Shown: piece by piece, positions 6,695 through 16,327 of the stretch
Position numbering within the stretch: the first letter of the stretch is position 1
Layout of the letters: each line of letters opens with the position of its first letter
From: an uncultured Methylococcaceae bacterium
Lineage (GTDB): Bacteria; Pseudomonadota; Gammaproteobacteria; Methylococcales; Methylomonadaceae
Assembly: GCA_903859415.1 (NCBI GenBank)
Contig: CAIOMN010000187.1
Location: 2,837 to 66,836 of the forward strand
Direction of reading: 5' to 3'
DNA length: 64,000 bases
Program-made: the position numbers and the translations under genes
Notes under the pieces: model-generated
The model's input: only the letters and a program-made list of their open reading frames with translations
What the model was told of the DNA's origin: nothing
The model's database searches: none

Positions 6695-7327
6695 ATGAAA
6701 ACACAAAAAGCACTCATCAGTTTCAGTGACGTTAAAGATAATGATTTAGTCAACGATGCACAAAAAATTGTTGATAAAATGACCAACAATCTTAACTACA
6801 CTGCTCCTCAACCCGATCTATCCACCGTTCAAGGTGCGATACTCGCTTACTCCGCCGCCTTAGTTAAATGCAAAGATGGCAATAAAGAAGATACGGCTAA
6901 CAAGAACGCCCTGCGTTTAGTGCTAGAAAATGCACTGTCTGCACTCGGCACCTATGTCAATTTGACTGCTGCATCTGATCTGGTTAAATTAGACAGTTCA
7001 GGCTTTCCACTCTCAAAAACACCTCAGGCTGTTGGTATTTTAGAGGCACCGACTTTAAACGTGCAATATGGGAATAATCCAGGCGAGATGGGCGTTGAAA
7101 TTGGCGTAGTAACCAATGCCAATGAATATCTCTTGCTGTTTTCGCCCTCTCCTGCACCGGTAAATGATGCCGAGTGGCGCAGTAAATTATTTTCAAAAAC
7201 CAAGGCTACAATCACTGGTTTAACCAGCGGAATTAAATATATTTTTAAAGTCGCCGCTACCAGTTCCGAAGCCAACAAAATGGGCACCTATAACTTTTCC
7301 AACCCAGTTGAAAAATTAGTCCCATAG
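6695..7327 (+). CDS. Hypothetical protein with helical N-terminal half and fibronectin-type-III-like C-terminal domain
   Basis: 210-aa ORF. The C-terminal segment TITGLTSGIKYIFKVAATS is typical of an FN3 F-G strand region. No signal peptide seen. Confidence 0.55.
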   Translation: MKTQKALISFSDVKDNDLVNDAQKIVDKMTNNLNYTAPQPDLSTVQGAILAYSAALVKCKDGNKEDTANKNALRLVLENALSALGTYVNLTAASDLVKLDSSGFPLSKTPQAVGILEAPTLNVQYGNNPGEMGVEIGVVTNANEYLLLFSPSPAPVNDAEWRSKLFSKTKATITGLTSGIKYIFKVAATSSEANKMGTYNFSNPVEKLVP

Positions 7328-7432
7328 CGTTAAACAGCAGGAGCCTTTGTTTAAAAGTTTAAGTTGTTTTTAGATAAGGGCTCTTACCGTTAAAAATAGA
7401 TTCCCCCCCAATCCTTAAGTTCTTAATTTTTC

Positions 7433-9493
7433 TTAGCGCTCCTCAACTAAATGGCTGAGACTATACGGAGTTTCTGTTAACGGCGGTACTGCTTTTCCTT
7501 GCAGGTGTCGAAGACTGACCCGTAACATATCAAAAACAATAATCCAGAGTAAACTTACAAAGCTGATTGTAATCCAGGCATCCAGTTGCAGGTTAAAGAT
7601 TAATTGTGGGGCAATAGCGGCTTTAGCGGGGGGTAACAGGCCATTAGCAAACTTGTCAGCCAAATCGTTAGCCGCAGAAAAGAACCCCAGGCGAATATCA
7701 TCGCTACAGACCTTTTGCCAAGCGGCTGTGGAGGTAATAGTCACTAGCCAGAATAAAGGGATACCGGTTATCCAGGCATACTTAAGTTTGTCAGATTTGA
7801 CTAAAATGCCGGTTGCAACCGATAAAGCGATAGCCGCTAACATTTGATTCGCGATACCAAAGAGTGGCCATAAAATATTCACACCGCCATTAGGATCAAT
7901 GACGCCAATGTATAAAAAATAACCCCAGCCTGCGACCACCACAAAACTGGTGAAAATGACGGAGGGAGTCCAAGAGGTTTCAGCCATTTTAGGCCAGACA
8001 TTGCCGAGTATATCCTGAAGCATAAAACGTCCAACGCGGGTGCCTGCATCCAGTGTCGTCAGGATAAAAACCGCCTCAAACATAATAGCGAAGTGATACC
8101 AAATCGCCAATAAGCCTTCTCCAAACGCACTACCAAAAATACTCGCCATACCGACTGCCAGTGAAGGTGCGCCCCCTGTACGAGCGAACAGGGTAGTTTC
8201 ACCCATTTGATGCGCTAACGTTTGCATCTGTTCGACAGTCACCGGAAAACCCCAGGACGCTATTTTGGCAACAGCATCAACGGCCTCTGCACCGACGATA
8301 CCGGCGGGGCTGTTAATCGCAAAAAACACACCCGGATCAAGTACGGTCGCTGCAATCATTGCCATGATGGCAACAAAGGATTCCAGGAGCATGCCACCAT
8401 AGCCTATCATGCAGATATCTTCTTCATTACTGAGGAGTTTGGGTGTCGTGCCTGAAGCAACCAGGGAGTGGAAGCCGGATATAGCGCCACAAGCAATGGT
8501 GATAAAGACAAACGGAAATAATTTACCGCTGAAAATAGGCCCTGTGCCATCAATAAACTGAGTGATGGCCGGCATTTTTATATTAGGTTGCAACAGGATA
8601 ATGGCGATGGCTAACAAAGTAATGGTGCCAATCTTCATGTAGGTGGATAAATAATCGCGAGGCGCTAATAATAACCAAACGGGTAAAATGGCGGCCGCAA
8701 AGCCATAAGCCATCACGTACCAGGCTAGCGTGAGTCCTTCCTGATCAAACAGTATTCGTAGAGTCTCATGTCCGTCAATAAAGCGCCCGCCGACAACGGA
8801 CAGCAATAATAAGGTTACGCCAATGATCGAGGCTTCCAGTACTTGGCCTGGACGGATGTAGCGCATGTAAACGCCGATTATCATGGCAATAGGAATAGTC
8901 GCAGAAACTGTAAACGTGGCCCAAGGGCTGTGTTTCATGGCATTCACCACCACCAGTCCCAGTACGGCAATGAGAATAATCATGATGGCAAAGGTGGCGG
9001 TTAAGGCAGCTGTTCCACCTAGGGGGCCTAGTTCATCGCGTGCCATTTGTCCCAGGCTTTTGGCATCCCGTCGGGTCGATAAAAATAAAGTCACCATGTC
9101 TTGTACGCAGCCACCGATGACTGCGCCGAATAAGATCCAAAGCGTTCCGGGTAAATAGCCAAATTGTGCGGCCAGTGTGGGGCCTATTAAGGGGCCAGGT
9201 CCTGCGATAGCTGCAAAATGATGTCCGAACACAATCCATTTGTTGGTGGGTACAAAATCACGGCCATTATCCAGACGCTCTGCGGGCGTTGCTCGGGTTT
9301 TATCAACGATTAAGACGGTGGAGGCGATCCATAATGCATAAAAGCGATAGCCAATGGCGTAGATGCAAAGTGCAGCGACGATAAGCCAGAGCGCATTGAT
9401 CGGTTCGCCTCGATTAATTGCGATACCGCCCACTGCTAAAGCACCTATTAAGGTGATACATGGCCAAAGGCATTTTTGTAGGATCTTATTCAT
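7433..9493 (-). CDS. cstA: Carbon starvation protein A family transporter
   Basis: 686-aa polytopic membrane protein. Its N-terminus and length are typical of CstA (GYRFYALWIA..., FGHHFAAIAGPGPLIGP). Confidence 0.9.
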   Translation of the reverse strand: MNKILQKCLWPCITLIGALAVGGIAINRGEPINALWLIVAALCIYAIGYRFYALWIASTVLIVDKTRATPAERLDNGRDFVPTNKWIVFGHHFAAIAGPGPLIGPTLAAQFGYLPGTLWILFGAVIGGCVQDMVTLFLSTRRDAKSLGQMARDELGPLGGTAALTATFAIMIILIAVLGLVVVNAMKHSPWATFTVSATIPIAMIIGVYMRYIRPGQVLEASIIGVTLLLLSVVGGRFIDGHETLRILFDQEGLTLAWYVMAYGFAAAILPVWLLLAPRDYLSTYMKIGTITLLAIAIILLQPNIKMPAITQFIDGTGPIFSGKLFPFVFITIACGAISGFHSLVASGTTPKLLSNEEDICMIGYGGMLLESFVAIMAMIAATVLDPGVFFAINSPAGIVGAEAVDAVAKIASWGFPVTVEQMQTLAHQMGETTLFARTGGAPSLAVGMASIFGSAFGEGLLAIWYHFAIMFEAVFILTTLDAGTRVGRFMLQDILGNVWPKMAETSWTPSVIFTSFVVVAGWGYFLYIGVIDPNGGVNILWPLFGIANQMLAAIALSVATGILVKSDKLKYAWITGIPLFWLVTITSTAAWQKVCSDDIRLGFFSAANDLADKFANGLLPPAKAAIAPQLIFNLQLDAWITISFVSLLWIIVFDMLRVSLRHLQGKAVPPLTETPYSLSHLVEER

Positions 9494-9497
9494 AGAA

Positions 9498-9920
9498 TTA
9501 GTCGTTTAATGAAGTGAGTTGTGCTTTTACGCGCGTTAGAGTGGCGATGAGTTGTTCATCTGTATAAGGGATAGAGTCAAACTTCCCCCACACCGGAGCA
9601 GGCCAGGCTCTATCAGTTTGATATCGAACTACATGATGCAGGTGTAGTTGGGGCACCAGGTTTCCTATTGCAGCAATATTCATTTTATCGGCTGAGAAGA
9701 GTGTCGCTAAATTTTTAGCAAGGTAATTTGATTCTTCTGTTAGCATAAGACGCTCTGTCCTGTTGAGCTGATAAATTTCGGTAATATCGGCTAGTTCAGG
9801 AACCAGGATAAACCAGGGATACTGGCTATCGTTCATCATGAGTAACTGACATAGGTCAAATTTACCTAGGGTTATACAATCTTGTTGTAAGCGCGGATGT
9901 AATTGAAATAATGTGGTCAT
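9498..9920 (-). CDS. HIT (histidine triad) family protein
   Basis: 140 aa with a histidine-triad-like PQLHLHHVV. Ends 4 nt upstream of cstA, so likely co-transcribed. Confidence 0.75.
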   Translation of the reverse strand: MTTLFQLHPRLQQDCITLGKFDLCQLLMMNDSQYPWFILVPELADITEIYQLNRTERLMLTEESNYLAKNLATLFSADKMNIAAIGNLVPQLHLHHVVRYQTDRAWPAPVWGKFDSIPYTDEQLIATLTRVKAQLTSLND

Positions 9921-10021
9921 CTTTTTTGATTATTGTGACAGCAATGTTTTAAGACACTTAAAATTCAGCTTAATTTATCTTCTGTTTTAAAATATAACAA
10001 CTATAAGCGAGAGGATATATT

Positions 10022-11068
10022 ATGTCTGCACAATTAATTACTTCACTTGGGATGCCTGAAGAACGAAAACTGACTGTTTCTTTTAGGGTATTGTTGAGTC
10101 TGTATGCCATTATTCCGTTGTGTTTTATCATTCAAATGACGGATGTTTTTTATTTACACGGCTTTCTAAGGGAGAGTTTACCAACAAAACCCACGCACTT
10201 TTTATTATTCCAAATATTATTTGGCACGCCTCATATTCTTGCAAGTACTTTTGTACTATTAGGCAGTCGTCATTATATGGGATTTTATCGTCGTAAGTTG
10301 GTTGGCATGACGGTCGCCATTGCTGTTTTTTTTGGAGTGGGTAGTCTGTTTATTCCTTATCAGGCCTTTTATGTGCTAGTCGCCGGATGGACCGTCTTTC
10401 ATGTTTTAAAGCAGCAGCACGGTATAGCTCGTGGTGTATGTCGTTTGCCGAGTTGGGCATTTTATCTTTTGCTTATATTAAGTGTGGCAGCGGGTTTGTT
10501 TGTTTACATTGGGATTTTTCTTAAAAACAGCTTAGATGCTCAGCAAACTGAATGGATTAAACAAATCGCCTTTGTACTTTCCACTGCATTAGCCTTAAGC
10601 GGGCTTTATTGTCAGCGTTATATTTCTACTTTGTTTGGGCGTTGCTTTTTATGGGCTAATATTCTGTTAGTCATCAGCAGTTTTTATTTTTATGTTCAGC
10701 ATTATTACTTTTTTGCCATCTTAGTGCCCAGATTGGTGCATGATGTGACAGCGTATTTATTCTATGTTACGCATGATTACAACAAGCATCATCAACAGCC
10801 TCAAAATTTTCTTTATCGTAAAGCCGCTGAATTAAAAATTAATATATTCATTGTGTTACCCTTATGTTCTTTCGCATTAGCGTTCATCTTACAAGCGTAT
10901 GGTGATCATGCTGTGAGCGCAATAACGGAGTTCTTTTTTGGTGTAGAAGTGCGCAAAGTGGTTACTTTAGGATTATTAGGTTATCTGGCTTTAATGCACT
11001 ATTACACCGAGTCATTTACTTGGAAACAAGATTCACCTTATCGACATTTTATCGGATTTTCAAAATAA
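10022..11068 (+). CDS. Polytopic membrane protein of unknown function with clustered histidines
   Basis: 348 aa with about 8-10 hydrophobic segments. Histidine clusters: FHVLKQQHG, VHDVTAYLFYVTHDYNKHH, LMHYYTE. Confidence 0.6.
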   Translation: MSAQLITSLGMPEERKLTVSFRVLLSLYAIIPLCFIIQMTDVFYLHGFLRESLPTKPTHFLLFQILFGTPHILASTFVLLGSRHYMGFYRRKLVGMTVAIAVFFGVGSLFIPYQAFYVLVAGWTVFHVLKQQHGIARGVCRLPSWAFYLLLILSVAAGLFVYIGIFLKNSLDAQQTEWIKQIAFVLSTALALSGLYCQRYISTLFGRCFLWANILLVISSFYFYVQHYYFFAILVPRLVHDVTAYLFYVTHDYNKHHQQPQNFLYRKAAELKINIFIVLPLCSFALAFILQAYGDHAVSAITEFFFGVEVRKVVTLGLLGYLALMHYYTESFTWKQDSPYRHFIGFSK

Positions 11069-11249
11069 CAGTAGCAATTCATCAATAGAGTTTAGTTATC
11101 AGGCTATTAGGGAGCTTATCGTTTTTTAGTTAGCCCAATAATTAAAATCTGGAACAAAAAATGCTATACATATCGCATAGAGTTTCATTCAACAGCGAGT
11201 GGGTTGTTGAATGAAGCCAAACTACCATTAGGCAATAGGAAAAGAGATT

Positions 11250-14200
11250 ATGACCATACGCGTCGCCATTCGTCACAAAACGATTTACAACTTTGATAGG
11301 CCGGTATCTTTATCACCTCATGTCTTTCGTTTACGCCCTGCGGTGCATTGCCGAACCCCCATTAAAGCCTACGCTTTGCGGATAGAACCCAAGAATCATT
11401 TCATTAATTGGCAACAGGATCCTTTTGGTAATATTTTGGGTCGAGTGGTGTTCCCTGATAAATGCCAAAAATTGAGTGTTGAGGTCGAAGTGATTGCCGA
11501 TATGACAGTCATTAATCCGTTTGATTTTTTTGTAGAGGATTATGCTGAAAAATATCCGTTTAAATATGATGAGATGACTCAAAAGGAGTTACAGCCTTAT
11601 CTTGAAGTAACTGAAAATGGACCCTTATTAAAACAATGGGTTAAAGAGTTCGATAAGACTGAACGATCTATCAATGATTTCCTGGTGGATATTAATCGGG
11701 CTATTTTTCTAGCCATTAGTTATAACATTCGCATGGAAGTGGGCATTCAAAGCAGCGAAGAAACCTTAAAAATTCGAAGTGGCTCCTGTCGGGATTCGGC
11801 TTGGTTATTAGTGCAGGCTTTAAGACATTTAGGCTTGGCGGCACGTTTTGTGTCTGGTTATTTGGTGCAATTAACCTCTGATGTCAAGGCCTTGGATGGA
11901 CCCTCTGGCCCTGAGCAGGATTTTACCGATTTACATGCCTGGACAGAAGTGTATGTGCCCGGTGCTGGCTGGATTGGTTTAGATCCTACTTCGGGTTTGT
12001 TGACGGGTGAAGGTCATATTCCATTAGCTTGTACGCCAGATCCTGCCAGTGCTGCGCCGGTCACTGGGGGGACTGATAAGTGTGAAGTTGAATTTGAGTT
12101 TAGTAACACGGTTGAGCGTTTGCATGAAGATCCACGTGTAACCAAACCTTATACCGAAGAACAGTGGTATCACATTGATGCTTTGGGCAAGTTTGTTGAT
12201 AAACGCTTAGAAGAAGATGATGTCCGACTGACGATGGGTGGCGAGCCTACCTTTGTTTCAGTTGATGACATGGAAGGTGATGAATGGAATACGCACGCTG
12301 ATGGTGCAAACAAGCGTGAGCGTGCACAACATTTGACCATGCGTTTACGTGATGTGTTTGCTAAAGGCGCAATGCTTCATTATGGGCAAGGTAAATGGTA
12401 TCCCGGAGAACCACTTCCACGTTGGCAATACGGTATCTTTTGGCGTAAAGATGATGAGCCTATGTGGCGTAATCCTTCTTTGTTAGCTGATATTAATAAA
12501 GATTATGGTCATACGGTTAAGCAGGCTCAGAAATTTATTCATCAAATAGCGCAGCGATTAGGCGTGTCATCAAAGTATATTGTGACAGCCTTTGAAGATC
12601 GTTTTTATCATTTATGGCAGGAAGGGACTTTGCCAGATAATCTGGACTCCTTAAAGTATGATTTAAAGGATTCTATTGAGCGTAAAACCTTAACCAAGTT
12701 ATTGGAAACAGGGTTAGACCAGCCAGTGGGCTTTACTTTGCCTATTAAATGGAACTGGTATGATCACGTCTGGAAAAGTGGTCCTTGGGAATTCAGACGC
12801 GGTGCCATGTTTTTAATTCCGGGTAATTCGCCGATGGGTATGCGTTTACCCTTAGCCAGTTTGCCTTGGGTTGCACCGGATAAACGAGATTCACAAGAGC
12901 CTCAAAGTTTATTTGGTGAGTTGCCAGAGTTAGGTGATTATTACGGTGAGGTGACGCGTAGATACAGTCATATCGAAGCTAAAGTTAATGAGCATCCTGA
13001 AATTATTGAACAGGAAGTAGGGGATAGTTTCAACTCACAAGTCGAAGTGCCTCATACGGCAATGTGTGTCGAGGCTAGAAATGGTCGAATCCATATCTTT
13101 ATGCCGCCGTTAACAACCCTGGAACATTACTTAGAGTTGGTCTCTGTCGTTGAAGCGACTGCAGAAAACCTGGCTATCCCTGTGGTGTTTGAAGGTTATG
13201 AGCCACCTAGAGATTATCGTGTTGAGCGTCTGATGGTCACACCTGATCCAGGTGTTATTGAAGTCAACATTCATCCCTCAAAGACTTGGGACGAGCTCGT
13301 AGAAAAAACGCATATTATCTATGAGCAGGCACGACAATGTCGTTTAGGCACTGAGAAGTTTATGCAAGATGGCCGACATACGGGAACGGGGGGCGGTAAC
13401 CATATTACTATGGGTGCTGAGATGCCTTCTGATAGTCCGATGTTACGTCGTCCTGATATATTGCGTAGTTTGATAACGTATTGGCAACACCATCCGGGCT
13501 TGTCTTATCTGTTTTCTGGTATGTTTATTGGACCCACCAGTCAGGCGCCACGTGTGGATGAAGGTCGTGATGAAAAGCTCTATGAACTGGAAATTGCCTT
13601 TCAACAAATGCCTGAAGGCGAAGTGCCAGCGCCTTGGTTGGTTGATAGATTATTGCGACATTTGTTGACGGATATTACCGGCAATACGCATCGGTCAGAG
13701 TTCTGTATTGATAAATTGTATTCGCCCGATAGTTCTACCGGTCGTTTAGGTATTTTGGAGTTGCGTTCATTTGAAATGCCACCCCATGCGCAAATGTCGT
13801 TAGTGCAAGTCGTGCTGTTAAGATCGTTGATTGCCTGGTTCTGGCGTGAGCCTTACAAACATGATCTGGTCCGCTGGGGTACAGAGTTACATGATCGGTT
13901 TATGTTGCCGCATTATGTGCATGAAGATCTGCGTCAGGTAACTAAAGACTTGCAACGTGCTGGTTTTGCTTTTGATCTGGAATGGTTGGCTCCGTTCTTT
14001 GAATTTAGATTCCCTCGTTACGGTAACACCTTAATTGATGGTATGGATATGGAGCTGCGTTTCGCCATTGAGCCTTGGCATGTGCTGGGTGAAGAAATGA
14101 GCAGTTCGGGTACGGCGCGTTATGTAGATTCTTCCGTGGAACGTGTACAGGTCTCAGTGACTGGCTTTACGGAAGGACGTTATATTATTGCCTGTAATGG

Positions 14201-14648
14201 TCGTCGTGTTCCGATGCGTAGCACCGGTCGAAAAGGCGAATATGTTGCCGGTGTGCGTTATAGAGCATGGCAACCACCTTCAGCTTTACATCCAACGATT
14301 GCACCTCATACACCCTTGGTTTTTGATGTGATTGATACCTGGAATGGTCGTTCAGTCGGTGGTTGTACCTATTATGTCGCTCATCCGGGGGGGCGTAGTT
14401 ATGATGATTTCCCTATTAATGATTACGCTGCAGAAACCCGACGTATGACGCGTTTCTGGGATTATGGACATACCCCTGGCGTTATTATTAGACCGCCTTT
14501 AGCCACTACGCGTGATATTGCTTCAGATGAGCCTTTCCTGAAGAACTTTAAAGCCAGTGATGAGTTACCTAGGGCAATGGCTCCGCCAGTTGAAGAATTG
14601 AGTAGGGAGTATCCATTTACTTTAGATTTGCGCCACTCTAATCGGTAG
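11250..14648 (+). CDS. Large transglutaminase-like / DUF2126 family protein
   Basis: 1132 aa. The N-terminus MTIRVAIRHKTIYNFDRPVSLSPHVFRLRP is a Bact_transglu_N-type start. Transglutaminase core is GSCRDSAWLLVQALRHLGLAARFVSGY...HAWTEVYVPGAGWIGLDPT, followed by a long DUF2126-like C-terminal part. Confidence 0.85.
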   Translation: MTIRVAIRHKTIYNFDRPVSLSPHVFRLRPAVHCRTPIKAYALRIEPKNHFINWQQDPFGNILGRVVFPDKCQKLSVEVEVIADMTVINPFDFFVEDYAEKYPFKYDEMTQKELQPYLEVTENGPLLKQWVKEFDKTERSINDFLVDINRAIFLAISYNIRMEVGIQSSEETLKIRSGSCRDSAWLLVQALRHLGLAARFVSGYLVQLTSDVKALDGPSGPEQDFTDLHAWTEVYVPGAGWIGLDPTSGLLTGEGHIPLACTPDPASAAPVTGGTDKCEVEFEFSNTVERLHEDPRVTKPYTEEQWYHIDALGKFVDKRLEEDDVRLTMGGEPTFVSVDDMEGDEWNTHADGANKRERAQHLTMRLRDVFAKGAMLHYGQGKWYPGEPLPRWQYGIFWRKDDEPMWRNPSLLADINKDYGHTVKQAQKFIHQIAQRLGVSSKYIVTAFEDRFYHLWQEGTLPDNLDSLKYDLKDSIERKTLTKLLETGLDQPVGFTLPIKWNWYDHVWKSGPWEFRRGAMFLIPGNSPMGMRLPLASLPWVAPDKRDSQEPQSLFGELPELGDYYGEVTRRYSHIEAKVNEHPEIIEQEVGDSFNSQVEVPHTAMCVEARNGRIHIFMPPLTTLEHYLELVSVVEATAENLAIPVVFEGYEPPRDYRVERLMVTPDPGVIEVNIHPSKTWDELVEKTHIIYEQARQCRLGTEKFMQDGRHTGTGGGNHITMGAEMPSDSPMLRRPDILRSLITYWQHHPGLSYLFSGMFIGPTSQAPRVDEGRDEKLYELEIAFQQMPEGEVPAPWLVDRLLRHLLTDITGNTHRSEFCIDKLYSPDSSTGRLGILELRSFEMPPHAQMSLVQVVLLRSLIAWFWREPYKHDLVRWGTELHDRFMLPHYVHEDLRQVTKDLQRAGFAFDLEWLAPFFEFRFPRYGNTLIDGMDMELRFAIEPWHVLGEEMSSSGTARYVDSSVERVQVSVTGFTEGRYIIACNGRRVPMRSTGRKGEYVAGVRYRAWQPPSALHPTIAPHTPLVFDVIDTWNGRSVGGCTYYVAHPGGRSYDDFPINDYAAETRRMTRFWDYGHTPGVIIRPPLATTRDIASDEPFLKNFKASDELPRAMAPPVEELSREYPFTLDLRHSNR

Positions 14649-14682
14649 ACATGAATAACAGATGACTAGGAGATGTATTTAA

Positions 14683-15990
14683 ATGAGCAATAAATTAAAA
14701 TTACTGGCACCCGCCACATTAACACTTGATGATAAGAGCTATTCATTACCTACCTATATGGGTGTTGAGGGTGAAAAGGCTATAGATATAACCAAGTTAC
14801 GTAGTGAAACCGGATATGTGACTTTGGATGATGGCTACGGCAATACGGGAGCTTGTGAGAGTGCGATCACGTATATTGATGGAGAAAAGGGCATACTTCG
14901 TTATCGTGGTTATCCTATAGAAGAGTTAGCTGAACATTCCCGATTTGTTGAGGTTGCTTATTTATTGCTCTATGGTGAACTGCCTACGGCTGATAAGTTA
15001 TTATCTTTTTCCACACGTCTGAATGAGTCCTCTATTATTCATGAGGATATGCATCATTTCTTTAATGGGTTTCCGCGTGGTTCGCATCCTATGGGGATTC
15101 TTACTACGATGGTTGCGTCGCTGTCGACTTTTTATCCTGTTCCTGATCGTCTGGATGAGGCGACAGAAATACAAATTGTGGCTAATCTGGTTTCTCAGGT
15201 ACGGACGATTGCTGCGTTTTCGTACAAGAAATCGATTGGTGAGCCTTTGGTATATCCGTCTATTAAGTACAAATATACCAGCAACTTTATGAATATGATG
15301 TTCTCTTCACCGGTGCGTGATTATCAGTTGGATGCCGATATTGTGCGTGCTATTGATATGGTGTTGATACTGCATGCGGATCATGAGCAAAATTGCAGTA
15401 CTTCGTCTGTACGGACTGCTGGCTCAAGTATGGCTAATGTTTATGCGGTCATTACGGCAGGTATTGCTGCGCTTTGGGGGCCTCGTCATGGTGGGGCTAA
15501 CCAGGAAGTAATTTCTATGCTTGAACAGATTCATGCAGAGGGTGGTGATGGTACAGAGTTTATTAATCAGGCCAAAGACAAAAAGTCTGGAAAGCGTCTG
15601 ATGGGCTTTGGTCATCGGGTTTATAAAAACTTTGATCCTCGTGCTCAAGTTTTAAAGCAGCACTGTGATAAATTACTTAATAAGTCTGGTATTAATGATC
15701 CATTATTGGATATAGCAAGACGTATAGAAGAAATAGCATTGAAAGACGAGTATTTTATTTCTCGAAAGTTGTACCCCAATGTAGATTTTTACTCTGGGCT
15801 TATACTCAGAGCCGCAGGTATTCCTACTAACATGTTTACCGTCATTTTTGCGATTGGTCGAATGCCGGGTTGGCTCGCTCATTGGCGTGAAATGATTCAT
15901 GGTGAAACAGTGACTATTTATCGGCCACGACAAATATATACGGGCGAGAAAATGCGCCACTATCAGGAAATAAGTCAAAGGACTTGCTAG
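14683..15990 (+). CDS. gltA: Citrate synthase (type II)
   Basis: 435 aa with classic motifs: ILRYRGYPIEELA, LILHADHEQNCSTS, GFGHRVYKNFDPRA. Confidence 0.9.
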   Translation: MSNKLKLLAPATLTLDDKSYSLPTYMGVEGEKAIDITKLRSETGYVTLDDGYGNTGACESAITYIDGEKGILRYRGYPIEELAEHSRFVEVAYLLLYGELPTADKLLSFSTRLNESSIIHEDMHHFFNGFPRGSHPMGILTTMVASLSTFYPVPDRLDEATEIQIVANLVSQVRTIAAFSYKKSIGEPLVYPSIKYKYTSNFMNMMFSSPVRDYQLDADIVRAIDMVLILHADHEQNCSTSSVRTAGSSMANVYAVITAGIAALWGPRHGGANQEVISMLEQIHAEGGDGTEFINQAKDKKSGKRLMGFGHRVYKNFDPRAQVLKQHCDKLLNKSGINDPLLDIARRIEEIALKDEYFISRKLYPNVDFYSGLILRAAGIPTNMFTVIFAIGRMPGWLAHWREMIHGETVTIYRPRQIYTGEKMRHYQEISQRTC

Positions 15991-16069
15991 GATAAGGAAT
16001 TGAGAGGAAATAAAAGTTAGGTTGGTACTGGTAAGCTATCACATATAATTTGAGGTTCCTCTTAGATAA

Positions 16070-16222
16070 TATAGAGTCTTTCAGAAATTAAACTTCCATA
16101 ATGCGAAGCTTTAGTTCACTGGGGTAACAATCTAAAAGTGGAGTAAAATAGCTTCAGCTGTTTTTGTAGGCAATAGCTGAAGCGTTTGCACGCCAGTTTT
16201 TATTTATCTGAAAATCTATAGC
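16070..16222. repeat. ~150-bp structured intergenic repeat, copy A (inverted relative to copy B at 33574-33718); MITE-like or sRNA-like
   Basis: The reverse complement of 33574-33718 aligns along the whole element. Imperfect terminal inverted repeats (TATAGAgTCTTTCAGA / TCTGAAAATCTATAgc). Internal 9-bp stem GCTTCAGCT (16151-16159) / AGCTGAAGC (16175-16183). Confidence 0.65.
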
Positions 16223-16327
16223 TTTTATTATTGAATTTATAGTGATTATAAGTCGGCAAACGTGAAGAAAGTCAGCCCCTGGGTAGGGCGATAAGCTCGA
16301 TAATGAATAGAGTATAAGGAAAAATAC

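Noticed and set aside
9921-10021. CRP-like site (TGTGA-N6-TGTTT) in the divergent region upstream of the HIT-cstA operon
   Set aside because: Only one half-site matches the consensus and the second half is poor. This is insufficient to call.
11184-11215. 10-bp-stem hairpin TTCATTCAAC / GTTGAATGAA in the leader of the DUF2126 gene
   Set aside because: It is a real inverted repeat, but it has a 12-nt loop and no U-tract, and I have no way to assess conservation. It could be a weak terminator of the upstream membrane-protein gene or a regulatory stem. I am not confident enough to annotate it.
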